Below are positions 8,037 through 17,102 of a stretch of 38,889 bases of DNA, one piece after another; position 1 is the stretch's first letter, and each line of letters begins with the position of its first letter. Origin of the DNA: a virus. Lineage: Duplodnaviria; Caudoviricetes. Both the position numbers and the translations under genes were made by a program. The stretch lies in the IMG/VR virus record IMGVR_UViG_3300027921_000029, positions 1 to 38,889 of that record. One strand, 5' to 3'. The notes beneath the pieces were generated by a model. It did not search any database, had not been told where the DNA came from, and saw only the letters and a list, made by a program, of their open reading frames with translations.

Positions 8037-8698
8037 CACGACAGCCCCCGGCCCCACGCCAGATAGCGCGGCTGCAAGGTCAGCAGGATGCGGCGCGGAT
8101 AGCCCAGGTTCTCCGGGCAATGGACGGTGCTGCGCCTGCCCTGGCCACAGGCGGCATCCACCGCCAGGCGGTCATAGCTGCCCGCGATCTTCGCCTCCGC
8201 CAGCCAATGGCCGAGGCCGCCGTTGTACGCGCGCAGCGCGGCCCAAAAGCGGTCGAACTCGGTAGTGCCGCGCGATCGCTCGAACAGCCAGCGGTCATAC
8301 CCCACCAGGGCGCGCATCGCCCATACCGGATTACTCGGCTGGCAGGCCTCGGCGGTGAGCTTATTGACCTCGCACCACCATCGCGCCGTCGCCGGCATGA
8401 ACTGCGCCATGCCGCGCGCCCCGACGCGAGAGACCGCCTCCGGGTTCCAGCCGCTTTCCTGGTGCACCTGGGCGGCGAAGGCGGCAATGGGCGCATCCAG
8501 GCCCCACTCGGCATGAGCGATGCGCACCAGGTCGGCGCGGTGTTTGATGGCGGCACGGGGCACATCCCCCCCTTTTCCAAAGGGGGGTAGGGGGGATTTC
8601 TCCGTCGCCTGCGCCAGTGTTGCCACCAGCAACAGCACAGCGGCCATCAGCAGCCAGGCGGCGACGCCGAGACGGGTTTGCCGGCCGGTCATGATCAC
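8036..8698 (-). CDS. Lytic transglycosylase (SLT) endolysin with N-terminal signal/TM
   Basis: HQESGWNPEAVSRVGARGMAQFMP and AYNGGLG motifs. Confidence 0.92.
   Translation of the reverse strand: MIMTGRQTRLGVAAWLLMAAVLLLVATLAQATEKSPLPPFGKGGDVPRAAIKHRADLVRIAHAEWGLDAPIAAFAAQVHQESGWNPEAVSRVGARGMAQFMPATARWWCEVNKLTAEACQPSNPVWAMRALVGYDRWLFERSRGTTEFDRFWAALRAYNGGLGHWLAEAKIAGSYDRLAVDAACGQGRRSTVHCPENLGYPRRILLTLQPRYLAWGRGLS
8564..8599. repeat. Short palindromic repeat in frame within the endolysin (encodes KSPLPPFGKGG)
   Basis: CCCCCCTTT-TCC-AAAGGGGGG hairpin plus TAGGGGGGATTT. Confidence 0.6.
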
Positions 8699-9021
8699 GC
8701 CCCCAGGCCAATGGCCAGCATCGCCGCGCCGACGATGATGGCGCGGCGGAGCATGGCGACTGCAAAGATCAGTTCCGCGCCGGGCTGGATGGCGTAGTCA
8801 GGCACATACGGCGCACCGGCCGAGAACGGCTTGACCAGCCAGGTGTCCGGCCGCGCGTAGGGGAACAGCTCGCGATCCAGCCAATAGCCCGCCACGCCGG
8901 CCGTGCCGACCAGAGAGAGCTTGTAGAGGCTGACGGGGAGTTGTTGTGGCGCAAGCGCCAGGATGGCGAGCAACAACACAATGGTGGCAATCAGCCACCT
9001 GGACAATCGGGGGAGTTTCAT
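8695..9021 (-). CDS. Putative holin (2-3 TM)
   Basis: Hydrophobic segments; GYWLDRELFPYARP and AMLRRAIIV motifs; first gene of the lysis cassette; GGAG RBS. Confidence 0.85.
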   Translation of the reverse strand: MKLPRLSRWLIATIVLLLAILALAPQQLPVSLYKLSLVGTAGVAGYWLDRELFPYARPDTWLVKPFSAGAPYVPDYAIQPGAELIFAVAMLRRAIIVGAAMLAIGLGA

Positions 9022-9071
9022 GGCGCGGTCTCCGGTCATGGATGGGTGCCCACGGGGGTGTGGGTGACCGG

Positions 9072-9120
9072 AGACTACGCGGGCGCGCGAGGTGGGCTTA
9101 GGCGGGAAACGTTTCCCGCC
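9072..9120 (-). promoter_or_regulatory. Late promoter for the lysis/packaging arm (activator box plus -10)
   Basis: Perfect palindrome GGCGGGAAACGTTTCCCGCC (9101-9120), 23 nt, TAGTCT. Confidence 0.75.
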
Positions 9121-9122
9121 CT

Positions 9123-9181
9123 TGTAGCGAAGGCGTCTCGCCTGCGGGGTTAAAAGACGCAGGCGAGACGCCTGCGCTACA
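9123..9181. repeat. REP doublet (GTAG family, REPIN-like)
   Basis: GTAGCGAAGGCGTCTCGCCTGCG, 11 nt, CGCAGGCGAGACGCCTGCGCTAC in inverted orientation. Confidence 0.75.
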
Positions 9182-9183
9182 TG

Positions 9184-10296
9184 TCAATGCCGTGCGAATC
9201 GAGGGTGAGCGCGCCGGATTTCCTCTGCTACGACCTGGAGAGATTGTTCAAGTGGCAAAGCGTCTGCATCCACCAACCATGACCGGTTGGCGAAGGGGGA
9301 TTGAGGGTGCATGAGCTTTGCCAGGAAATCCATCATCAACAGGGAAACCGTCTCCTTCACAGCTTGGCTGGCCTGTCCCCAATCGCGGACCCGTTGTTCG
9401 GCTACATCCAGGATAAAACGCAGCGCCTGATGTTCGACTTCGGCGTCATCGTGCCGTACCGGCGAAACAGACAATAGCCAAGTGTTCCCCTGAAACAGGC
9501 CATAAAGCAATTCGGCGGCTTCTTCGGTGTTGATCTGGATGGTTTTCGAGGGTGAATCGGATGGCATGGCGACCTCCATTACTGGGTTGTTTGCCGGGGC
9601 TGGCAGGCGTAGGGAATAGCTCCTGCCCTTCTTTTCTCTGACCACATCGCCGATTTCCGCCGCGTAGTACATGGCATAGCGGAACTGCACGGCATCGAAC
9701 TGCGGGAACTGTTTGGCCAGCACGCTTTGCACGATGCCAGGGGCGGCCGCGATGGCCGGCAGCGCCACGCGCATCACATCGGCATAGAGCGGATCGTCTC
9801 GGGTGAAGGCCACCATCAAGGTCTTGAACTGGCGGTGAATTTCTTCGGGCGCCTGCTCGGCGGTGAGCCGATAGGCCAGCTTTTGCAGCCAGGTGCGGGC
9901 GAACTCGAAATTTCCCTCGCCCCAGGCTTGCTTGATCTCCTCAAGCTGGCGCGCCCAGTGGACTTCCACCTCGACATGATCGTCCACGACCCGTTCGACC
10001 GTGTGAACACGCACGCGATGGGTGGCTTGCTCGCGTTCTTGAATGTTCTTGAGGTTATCGGCGTGGAAGGCTTCGGCGGCTGCCTTCTTGCGGGCCTTGG
10101 TTTCAGCTGCCGTTTCCGGCGGTGCGCGCTTTGATTTGCGCCAGTCGATGAAGGCCCAGATGAGGATGGGCACACCGAACACGATAACCATGAAGAGTTG
10201 CCCGCCAACCTGCTCGTAGAGCCAGAAGAAGGGCAAGGCGAGGATGAACAGAACGGCGGCGATCACGCCGCCGATCACATTGGCGGTGCCTTTCAT
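9184..10296 (-). CDS. Membrane-anchored accessory protein downstream of the repressor (370 aa)
   Basis: Two N-terminal TM helices, winged-helix-like middle region, GGAG RBS; 27 bp after the repressor stop. Confidence 0.75.
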   Translation of the reverse strand: MKGTANVIGGVIAAVLFILALPFFWLYEQVGGQLFMVIVFGVPILIWAFIDWRKSKRAPPETAAETKARKKAAAEAFHADNLKNIQEREQATHRVRVHTVERVVDDHVEVEVHWARQLEEIKQAWGEGNFEFARTWLQKLAYRLTAEQAPEEIHRQFKTLMVAFTRDDPLYADVMRVALPAIAAAPGIVQSVLAKQFPQFDAVQFRYAMYYAAEIGDVVREKKGRSYSLRLPAPANNPVMEVAMPSDSPSKTIQINTEEAAELLYGLFQGNTWLLSVSPVRHDDAEVEHQALRFILDVAEQRVRDWGQASQAVKETVSLLMMDFLAKLMHPQSPFANRSWLVDADALPLEQSLQVVAEEIRRAHPRFARH

Positions 10297-10323
10297 TGTT
10301 ATCTCCCTGATTGTTGGACTTGT

Positions 10324-10653
10324 TTAGGTCTCGTCGTTGGTCTTGGCAGTGACGGCCAGCAACGCATCAATACCGGCCTGAACGACTGGCGGGCTCAAGC
10401 GGTATCGATCTACCAGCGTCAACTCTCTTGGGGTGATGGATACATCCAATCGTTTACCCCCAGCCAGTACATAAGCCACATCAATGCCGATTTCTGCCGC
10501 TTTCGCCAGCAGCTTACCGCCTGGCGCCTGCTCGTCTGCCTCGTACCGATGCAGGCTGTTTCGTGGAATGCCAAGCCTTTTGGCCATCTCCGACTGATCC
10601 AACCCCAGCAGAGTGCGCGCTTCACGAAGCCGGCTACCGATAGTTGAGTTCAT
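10324..10653 (-). CDS. XRE-family HTH prophage repressor
   Basis: IGSRLREARTLLGLDQSEMAKRLGI…YE…GIDVAYVLAG; divergent from the ner-like gene. Confidence 0.9.
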   Translation of the reverse strand: MNSTIGSRLREARTLLGLDQSEMAKRLGIPRNSLHRYEADEQAPGGKLLAKAAEIGIDVAYVLAGGKRLDVSITPRELTLVDRYRLSPPVVQAGIDALLAVTAKTNDET

Positions 10654-10670
10654 TTTTTTACCAATTGGGG

Positions 10671-10724
10671 TTGACGTGTGAATCTTATAGGTTGATTATT
10701 GTTGCAACTTATTAGTTGCAACAA
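10671..10724 (+). promoter_or_regulatory. Early promoter/operator region of the lysis-lysogeny switch
   Basis: TTGACG at 10671; AT-rich; perfect 11-bp inverted repeat TTGTTGCAACT-TATT-AGTTGCAACAA (10699-10724). Confidence 0.65.
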
Positions 10725-10745
10725 CCAGCCCGAAAGGAGAACCAA

Positions 10746-10946
10746 ATGGTACTGACCACGGAACAACTGAAACAAAAACTGCGCAACGAAGGCAAGACTA
10801 TCAAACAGGTGGCCGCAGAACATCACTTCCCGTTGATGCAAGTCTACCGCGTGATGAATGGCACCATCAAAGGCGCCTACGGACGCGGCCACCAGATCGC
10901 AGTGGCCCTGGGCCTGAAAGACCCCAACGAAGAGCCTGCACGGTGA
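10746..10946 (+). CDS. Ner/Cro-like DNA-binding protein (BcepMu gp16-like)
   Basis: VYRVMNG…YGRGHQIAVALGLK; AAGGAG RBS. Confidence 0.85.
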   Translation: MVLTTEQLKQKLRNEGKTIKQVAAEHHFPLMQVYRVMNGTIKGAYGRGHQIAVALGLKDPNEEPAR

Positions 10947-10953
10947 GGTGGTC

Positions 10954-11574
10954 ATGAAAACCGACACCCTACAGTTCCACGGCCACCCCATAGTTACGGT
11001 GCGCGACCAAGACCGCGTTCTGGTCGCCATGCGGCCCCTGATTGAGGCGATGGGTCTGGATCGAAAAGCGCAGCAAGACCGTATTAAACGTAATCCAGTC
11101 CTGTCGACCTGCGGGGTCATCATGACCCTTCAGATGCCTGGTGATAACCAGGCGCGAGAAGTGTTTTTCCTTGACCTCGAATACCTGAACGGCTGGCTGT
11201 TCGGGATCGACGCCAACCGGGTATCACCCGAATTGCGCGAGACGGTCATCGACTATCAAAAACACTGCTACCACGTCCTCTACCAGCACTTCCACGGGCG
11301 CAGCGAAACCCAGCACGAAAACTACTGGTTCGCCAAACGCCCGGACTGGCTGGCGATCCGCGTCCTGGCGTTGCAAGGGCTGACCGCCAAGGCCATCGCC
11401 GCGCAACTGGGCATCAGCGCCGGCCGGGTCGGCCGCGCCATCCGCCGCATGATCGAGGTGGGCCTGATCGACCCGGTGAAGCGCATCACGGCGCGGTTCA
11501 AGGCCGAGACAGCCGGCCGCATGGTGCAACTGCCACTGTGCCTCAACTGGGGCGTGCGCGAGGTGCAGCCATGA
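10954..11574 (+). CDS. Antirepressor (P22 AR N-terminal-like domain plus C-terminal HTH)
   Basis: VAMRPLIEAMGLD…LNGWLFGIDANRV…YQKHCYHVLYQHF. Confidence 0.85.
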   Translation: MKTDTLQFHGHPIVTVRDQDRVLVAMRPLIEAMGLDRKAQQDRIKRNPVLSTCGVIMTLQMPGDNQAREVFFLDLEYLNGWLFGIDANRVSPELRETVIDYQKHCYHVLYQHFHGRSETQHENYWFAKRPDWLAIRVLALQGLTAKAIAAQLGISAGRVGRAIRRMIEVGLIDPVKRITARFKAETAGRMVQLPLCLNWGVREVQP

Positions 11575-11840
11575 CCGACAAACGCTATCCCTACGCTGAC
11601 GGTGAACGAAACGACTCTGTCACCGAAGGCCAGATTCGTTACACCCTGGAAACGCTGTGCCTGAAAGGCGAAGACCTTGAGGCCGCTTTCAATGTGGTGC
11701 TCGGAATCATGAAGAACGGCAGCGGCAAGGCATTCAACAAGTTGTCTGTCCTGTGCGGAGCCTACCCGGAAGGCTGTGTGATTGATGGCGTCCGCTACAC
11801 CACGTCACGTGTCACGGTTGTTGACAAGGTGCAGTCATGA
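11571..11840 (+). CDS. Hypothetical protein (89 aa)
   Basis: ATGA overlap, GAGG RBS, lower GC than neighbours. Confidence 0.7.
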   Translation: MTDKRYPYADGERNDSVTEGQIRYTLETLCLKGEDLEAAFNVVLGIMKNGSGKAFNKLSVLCGAYPEGCVIDGVRYTTSRVTVVDKVQS

Positions 11841-11962
11841 CCCTCCGCCAGCAAACCCACCTCGAACTCGAAGACCTGAGCCCCGCTTTCCGCGCGGCCG
11901 TCATGGCGGTCTGGGCCGAACACGGCCTCGACGCCGCCCGTTGCTACGCGATTGGAGCCTGA
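11837..11962 (+). CDS. Small hypothetical protein (41 aa, MTLRQQTHLE…)
   Basis: Read manually; ATGA overlap; ends 1 nt before the next start. Confidence 0.55.
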   Translation: MTLRQQTHLELEDLSPAFRAAVMAVWAEHGLDAARCYAIGA

Positions 11963-11963
11963 A

Positions 11964-12959
11964 ATGACAAAGCCACAAGATACAGAGCAGCGCAACCAGT
12001 CCGCAGTGCTGGCGCAAATACTGGATGTCAATGAAGTACAAGGCGCCCAAGTGCAGGCATTGGCCATTGAACTGGGTTATGACGGCCCCCTGACGATTGG
12101 CGCGGTTGAAGACGGGATTCGCATCTATCAGCGCCGCACGGTCGAGGACTGCCTTGAGCTTGGCAAGTGCCTGCTGCTGCTCAAGGAAATGGCGCCACAC
12201 GGTGAGTTCATTCGGCGCATTGAATTGCTTGGAATCGTGGAACGCACTGGCCGCCGATTCATGCAAGCGGCCGCCAAGATTTCCCAAAACGGCCATTTGG
12301 CCGATTTGAGTAAACGGATAAAAAGCGTCAGCGGCATCCTCGAACTCGTAACCGCCGACGACGATGTGCTGGAAGACCTCTCGCACATGGATGACATCGA
12401 CGCCATGACCGCCAGCGAGTTGCGCGCTCTAGTGCGCGAACACGCATCGGGTGAGTCAAAACAGGTTGCCAACCTGAAGGCCTCCCTGGAGCTTGAGCAA
12501 AGCCAGGTGAAGAACCTCCAGGCCGCCGCCACCAAGACCCGGCTCACCACCTTCATGGCCCGTACCGAGGAAGTGCGCGAGGAATGCCTGGCGCTGGGCA
12601 AGGGCGTGGAAGTGCATTTGAACGGCCTGCGAATGCAGTTCGAGGAAATCGCCGCCGACCACGTCGATGCCGAGCACCGCCTGCGCATGGAACAGGTGTG
12701 GGTCGCCGCCCATCTGGCCGCCGCCCGGGCGATTGACCTGGTGGAGTCCATGGCCGCCGCGTGGGACCGGGCCGACATGCCCGCCCGCATTCTCTCCCAG
12801 CACGTCCTGACCCCCGAAGAGGCAGCCCGCTGGCTGCATGACGCGCCCCTGATCGAGAGTCGCGCCGATGCCGAGAAGGCGCTGCGCGAGCAGAAGCGAG
12901 CCGCCGAGCAGCCACGTAAACCGGGCCGCCCCAAGGGTGCCGCCAACAAGGCGGGCTAA
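11964..12959 (+). CDS. DUF3102-like domain protein upstream of the transposase
   Basis: ELGKCLLLLKEMAPHGEF…RTGRRFMQAA motif. Confidence 0.75.
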   Translation: MTKPQDTEQRNQSAVLAQILDVNEVQGAQVQALAIELGYDGPLTIGAVEDGIRIYQRRTVEDCLELGKCLLLLKEMAPHGEFIRRIELLGIVERTGRRFMQAAAKISQNGHLADLSKRIKSVSGILELVTADDDVLEDLSHMDDIDAMTASELRALVREHASGESKQVANLKASLELEQSQVKNLQAAATKTRLTTFMARTEEVREECLALGKGVEVHLNGLRMQFEEIAADHVDAEHRLRMEQVWVAAHLAAARAIDLVESMAAAWDRADMPARILSQHVLTPEEAARWLHDAPLIESRADAEKALREQKRAAEQPRKPGRPKGAANKAG

Positions 12960-12962
12960 GCC

Positions 12963-14651
12963 ATGCGAGGGGCGACAGCCATGGTGATGCGGATCGAAAC
13001 AGGCGGGCCGGTGCCGGGGAAAACAGTCCCGGCGGTGCTGCCCACCGGAAAGGTGCTGTCCCTGCGTGCCCGCGACCCCTGGCGCGAGTCCACCGATGCG
13101 GCGCGCGGCACCGCCATCCAGCGCGAGACGGTGGTGTCCTATGTGGGCGAACTGATGCGCCAGGGCGTGAGCCAGAACAACGCGGTGATGCTGCTGCTGG
13201 CCCGCGCCATTGAGGGCCGCCTACCCGGCCACGTCGCCGTGGCGGTAGTGGCCACAGCCAAGGCCCAGCGCGCGGCGCCGACCCGCTCCACCCTATGCGA
13301 GTGGTGCGCCGCCTACCGAGAGGGCGGCGTGTCCGCCCTGCTGCCCGACCACAAGGGCCGGGTTGTAGAGGCGTCCAGTTGGTGGGGGCCGGCGCTGGAG
13401 TATTACAACGCGCCGAGCAAGCCGGACATGAGCGCGGTCCACCGCCGCCTGATGGAGGTTGATGGTTTTGCCTGCACCTACGACCAGGTGCGCGGCTACC
13501 TCTCCGGTGTGCCGGCCATGATGGGGCGCAACAGCCCGGCGCGGCTGGGCAAGAACCTGTATCGCCTGACTGAGAAGGCATTCATCCGCCGCTCTACCGA
13601 GCACGCCCTACCCGGCGATGTGTACGTGGCCGACGGCTACCGCGCCGACGTGTATCTGGCCCACCCCGTCACTGGCGACATCTGGCGCCCGGAGCTGACT
13701 GTGGCTATCGACCTGCGCAGCCGGGTTGTGGTGGGCTGGCGTGCTGATGAGCACGAAGGCACGGTGGCGGTGCAGAACATGTGGGCGGAGGCCTTCGCTC
13801 GCTGGAACCATGTGCCGCTGATGCTCTATGTGGACAACGGCAGCGGCTACAAGAACAAGCTGATGGATGATGAGCTGACCGGCTTCTACGCCCGCGCCGG
13901 GGTGCAGCAGATCATCCATTCAATCCCCGGTAACCCGCACGGCAAGGGCTGGATAGAGCGGTTCTTTCGAATCATGAAGGATGACTTCCTCAAGCTCTGG
14001 CGGCCGGAGTTCTACTGCGGTGACGAGATTGCCGCCGAGGCCAGCATGCGCACGGTGCGCGAGGTCAAGGCCGGGCGGATGACGCCGCCGTCACTGGCCG
14101 AATTCGCGCATGACTTCAACGCTTGGCTGGATCGCTACGCCCAGCGCCCGCACCCCGAAGACAAGACGGTAACCCGTGCCTCGCTGTGGGCTGGCCTGGC
14201 GCCCATCCCGCCCACTGCCAGCGTCTGCGAACTCAAGCGCCAGGCCGTGATGCTGACCGTGCAGCGCGCCAGCCTGAAACATGGCAAGCGCGAGTATGGC
14301 CACCCCGAGTTGCACGCCTTCAACGGCGCGAAGGTGGTCCTGGAATACGACCTGATGGATGACCGCATCGCGGTGATCCGCACCGATGCCGGCCGCTGGA
14401 TTTGTGACGCCAACCTGATCCGCCAGAAGGATGCGATCCCAGTCAACAGGCTGGAAGAGAAGCGCATCGCGCGGGTCGAGGATGCCACCAAGCGCCTGCA
14501 AAAGAAGATCGACGAGCAGCAAGCCCGCGCCGGCCGAATCATCGATGCCGAGGCGGTGGCCACCGGCGCGCTGCCCGCCCTCGAGGGCGAGGCCACGCTG
14601 ATCGACGAAGACGACACCCCCCTGATTCTTGACCTGACTGACATCGACTGA
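12963..14651 (+). CDS. MuA-like DDE transposase
   Basis: YVADG, LYVDNGSGY and KGWIERFF catalytic motifs; Mu transposase-like C-terminus. Confidence 0.93.
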   Translation: MRGATAMVMRIETGGPVPGKTVPAVLPTGKVLSLRARDPWRESTDAARGTAIQRETVVSYVGELMRQGVSQNNAVMLLLARAIEGRLPGHVAVAVVATAKAQRAAPTRSTLCEWCAAYREGGVSALLPDHKGRVVEASSWWGPALEYYNAPSKPDMSAVHRRLMEVDGFACTYDQVRGYLSGVPAMMGRNSPARLGKNLYRLTEKAFIRRSTEHALPGDVYVADGYRADVYLAHPVTGDIWRPELTVAIDLRSRVVVGWRADEHEGTVAVQNMWAEAFARWNHVPLMLYVDNGSGYKNKLMDDELTGFYARAGVQQIIHSIPGNPHGKGWIERFFRIMKDDFLKLWRPEFYCGDEIAAEASMRTVREVKAGRMTPPSLAEFAHDFNAWLDRYAQRPHPEDKTVTRASLWAGLAPIPPTASVCELKRQAVMLTVQRASLKHGKREYGHPELHAFNGAKVVLEYDLMDDRIAVIRTDAGRWICDANLIRQKDAIPVNRLEEKRIARVEDATKRLQKKIDEQQARAGRIIDAEAVATGALPALEGEATLIDEDDTPLILDLTDID

Positions 14652-14660
14652 GGAATCGCC

Positions 14661-15602
14661 ATGCCCGAAAACTTCCCCTCCCACTACACCACCGCCGACG
14701 CGGAACTGATCGGCCGTATCCAGGCCTGGATGGCGGAGCGCAGCTATACCCAGGCGGCGCTTGCCAGGCTGGCGCGCATTTCGGCTTCCAGCCTCAACCA
14801 GATCCTCAAGGGCACTTATGCCACGCCCCCGGCCCCGCTGCTGCGCAAGGTTGAATCGGCCATGCGCCACGCCGACGAGACCAGCCAGGACGTGATGGCG
14901 CCGGTGGAGACCAGCGTCTACCAGTTGGCCGTCACCGCCTGCCGCATGGCGCGCACCTATCGCAACTTCGCGGTGTTCACCGGCTTCGTTGGCACGGGCA
15001 AGACCTTCGCCCTCAAGCACTACGCCCGGACCAACCCCAATACCCACCTGATCGAGTCCACGCCCACCATGACGCCGCAATCGCTGGTGAAGCTGTTGGC
15101 GCGCGAGGTGGCGAGCCATGACGGGCGCGGCAGCATCGACGACAAGTTCCGCGCCGTGGTGGATGCCCTGCGCAATACCGACAGCCTGCTGATCGTCGAT
15201 GAGGCCGAGACCCTCACCCCGCACCAGCTCCACACCCTGCGCCGGCTACGCGACCTGTCCAACGTCGGCATCGTCCTGGCGGGCACGGAACACCTGACCG
15301 GCATCATCAAGCCGATGCATGGCCAGTTCGACCAGATTCGTTCGAGGACGGGATTCTGGCCGGAGACGGTGAAGGAAATCACGGCGGAGGATGCCGCCGC
15401 GCTGGTGCAGGCCGGCTTCGGCGCCGAGGAGGTGCCGGAGGAGGTGGTGGCCAGGATGCACAAGTTCGCGCGGGGTTCCGCCCGGATGCTGGTGGAGGGG
15501 CTGGTGTCCGGCATCCGCGCCTTCCGCCGGGGCCAGCCGCTGACAGTGAAGCTGGTGGATGCGGTGGCGCGGCAGGTGCTGTGCCTGCAATCGGTGGCGT
15601 GA
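14661..15602 (+). CDS. MuB-like AAA ATPase (transposition protein B)
   Basis: N-terminal HTH, Walker A GFVGTGKT, Walker B LLIVDEAE. Confidence 0.93.
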   Translation: MPENFPSHYTTADAELIGRIQAWMAERSYTQAALARLARISASSLNQILKGTYATPPAPLLRKVESAMRHADETSQDVMAPVETSVYQLAVTACRMARTYRNFAVFTGFVGTGKTFALKHYARTNPNTHLIESTPTMTPQSLVKLLAREVASHDGRGSIDDKFRAVVDALRNTDSLLIVDEAETLTPHQLHTLRRLRDLSNVGIVLAGTEHLTGIIKPMHGQFDQIRSRTGFWPETVKEITAEDAAALVQAGFGAEEVPEEVVARMHKFARGSARMLVEGLVSGIRAFRRGQPLTVKLVDAVARQVLCLQSVA

Positions 15603-15611
15603 GGGGGCGAC

Positions 15612-16187
15612 ATGAGCGCAACTAAAGTAGCGCCGGCGCCCCGCCGGCCCGAGCCAGACCAGATCAATCCGGTAGCCGGCTGCACGGTGGTGATTGAGGA
15701 CCACGGCCAGGACTTCCTGGAGTTCGACATCCAGCAAGGCGTCATCGTGGCTACCCGGCCGTTCCAGGGGTTTGCATGGAATGGTCGGACGATCATGAAC
15801 GCCACCCTCGCACCGGGCGACTACATCGGATTTGAGAACCAGGTATTGAAATGCAAGACCTGGCTGAATTACCCCATCGTCGAAGTTCGCGCGCTGAACG
15901 TGGCAGCCCAGTCCGAGCAGCGTTCACCCTACGCCCCCATCGACAAGGACCGCGATGAACGGCACAGCCGGCCTGTCACGCCGGCTTCCAGCCTGCCCGA
16001 AGACGCAGGCAGGGATGCCTGCGCTACAGCGTCCGCCAAGACATCCGCCTACGAGCAGCGCATCCCGCGCCTGGCCACCACGCAGCGCCAGTGCCTGTGC
16101 TGCGGCAAGCCCTTCGCCAGCCAGGGGCCGCATAACCGCCTCTGTTCCACCTGCCGCGCCAAGAGCGTCGGCCCCTATGACCTCTAA
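15612..16187 (+). CDS. Hypothetical two-domain protein with C-terminal Cys finger
   Basis: EDHGQDFLEFDI domain; CLCCG…RLCSTC; contains REP-derived segments. Confidence 0.75.
   Translation: MSATKVAPAPRRPEPDQINPVAGCTVVIEDHGQDFLEFDIQQGVIVATRPFQGFAWNGRTIMNATLAPGDYIGFENQVLKCKTWLNYPIVEVRALNVAAQSEQRSPYAPIDKDRDERHSRPVTPASSLPEDAGRDACATASAKTSAYEQRIPRLATTQRQCLCCGKPFASQGPHNRLCSTCRAKSVGPYDL
15974..16028. repeat. Degenerate REP doublet inside a CDS
   Basis: TGTCACGCCGGCTTCCAGCCTGC…GCAGGCAGGGATGCCTGCGCTACA. Confidence 0.65.
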
Positions 16188-16197
16188 GGACTGCGCC

Positions 16198-16437
16198 ATG
16201 AACGACCCGATAATCGACCTGATCCCCTCCGAGCCGGTGGTGTTTAGCGACTGGATGCTGGCGCGGCTGGCCGAGGCCAACCGCGCTATCCGGCAGATGC
16301 GCGACCGTGGCTGTCGCGTGTGTTTTCTCCGCCTGTCCACCCGGCCGGGTGTGGAAACCGAGCTGGTGCTGGACCGCAACCCGATCCACCACCCGGTGGG
16401 TTGCCCGGACGTGCACGTCACCTGGGCTGTGCGGTAA
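16198..16437 (+). CDS. Hypothetical protein (79 aa)
   Basis: AAGGA RBS; fills the operon gap. Confidence 0.65.
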   Translation: MNDPIIDLIPSEPVVFSDWMLARLAEANRAIRQMRDRGCRVCFLRLSTRPGVETELVLDRNPIHHPVGCPDVHVTWAVR

Positions 16438-16439
16438 CC

Positions 16440-17102
16440 ATGAAACTCGTCTGCCCCTCCTGCGGCTTCTATGGCCCGCCCGATGCCTACATGGCGGATG
16501 TGGCGGCGTCGCGCGCCCTGCTGCTGGCGCTGTCTGCCCCGGCGCCGCTGGCGCAGCAGGTGCAGCAATACCTGCGACTGTTCCGGCCGGCGCAGCGGGC
16601 GCTGTCGAGCAGCCGCGCCGCCACGATCCTGGAAGATCTGCTGCCCATGATCCTGGAGGCCAAGATCACCTGGCGCGGTGTGTGGTACCCGGCGCCGGTG
16701 GAGTACTGGCGCCAGGCGATGGACGAAATGATCGTCGGCCGCGACCGCCTGACCCTGCCGCTGAAGAGCCACGGCTACCTGCTGGCCATCATCGCCGGAT
16801 ACGCGGCGAAGGCCGATTCCGCCAACGAGCAGGCGCGCATCGCTCGAGGGCGGGGCGAAACGCCCATCGGTATTCCCCCCTCTCCCAGCGGGAGAGGGGC
16901 CGGGGGTGAGGGAGCGCGCGCCGCTTCATCCGCCGCCGTTCCCTCACCCCAGCCCTCCCCCAGCGGGGGAGGGAGCAAACCCGCCCGTACACGCGACGGC
17001 ACCCGCACCGGGCTGCAAAGCCTGCGCGCGGTGCTGGACGGCGCCCCCATCCCAACCCAGCCGGCAGGGATGCCGGCGCTACAGGAGATTGACCATGAAT
17101 GA
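16440..17102 (+). CDS. Conserved Mu-like phage early protein (N-terminal CPSC)
   Basis: MKLVCPSCG…YLRLFRP…LPLKSHGYL. Confidence 0.8.
   Translation: MKLVCPSCGFYGPPDAYMADVAASRALLLALSAPAPLAQQVQQYLRLFRPAQRALSSSRAATILEDLLPMILEAKITWRGVWYPAPVEYWRQAMDEMIVGRDRLTLPLKSHGYLLAIIAGYAAKADSANEQARIARGRGETPIGIPPSPSGRGAGGEGARAASSAAVPSPQPSPSGGGSKPARTRDGTRTGLQSLRAVLDGAPIPTQPAGMPALQEIDHE
16875..16974. repeat. Inverted pair of CCCTCTCCC/GGGAGAGGG palindromic repeats inside a CDS
   Basis: CCCTCTCCCAGCGGGAGAGGGGCCGGGGGTGAGGG and an inverted copy starting CCCTCACCCCAGCCCTCCCCC; same family as 24245-24279. Confidence 0.7.

Noticed and set aside
9021-9039. Dual-start holin/antiholin (MTGDRA-MKLP)
   Set aside because: The upstream ATG has no recognisable RBS, and this sequence is explained by the anti-SD stem.
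9077-9090. ACGCGGGCGCG resembles part of a type I-C repeat (possible RNA anti-CRISPR)
   Set aside because: Lacks the other stem arm and the ATTGAAAC end; it lies in a promoter spacer. I saw no CRISPR array or solitary repeat in the window.
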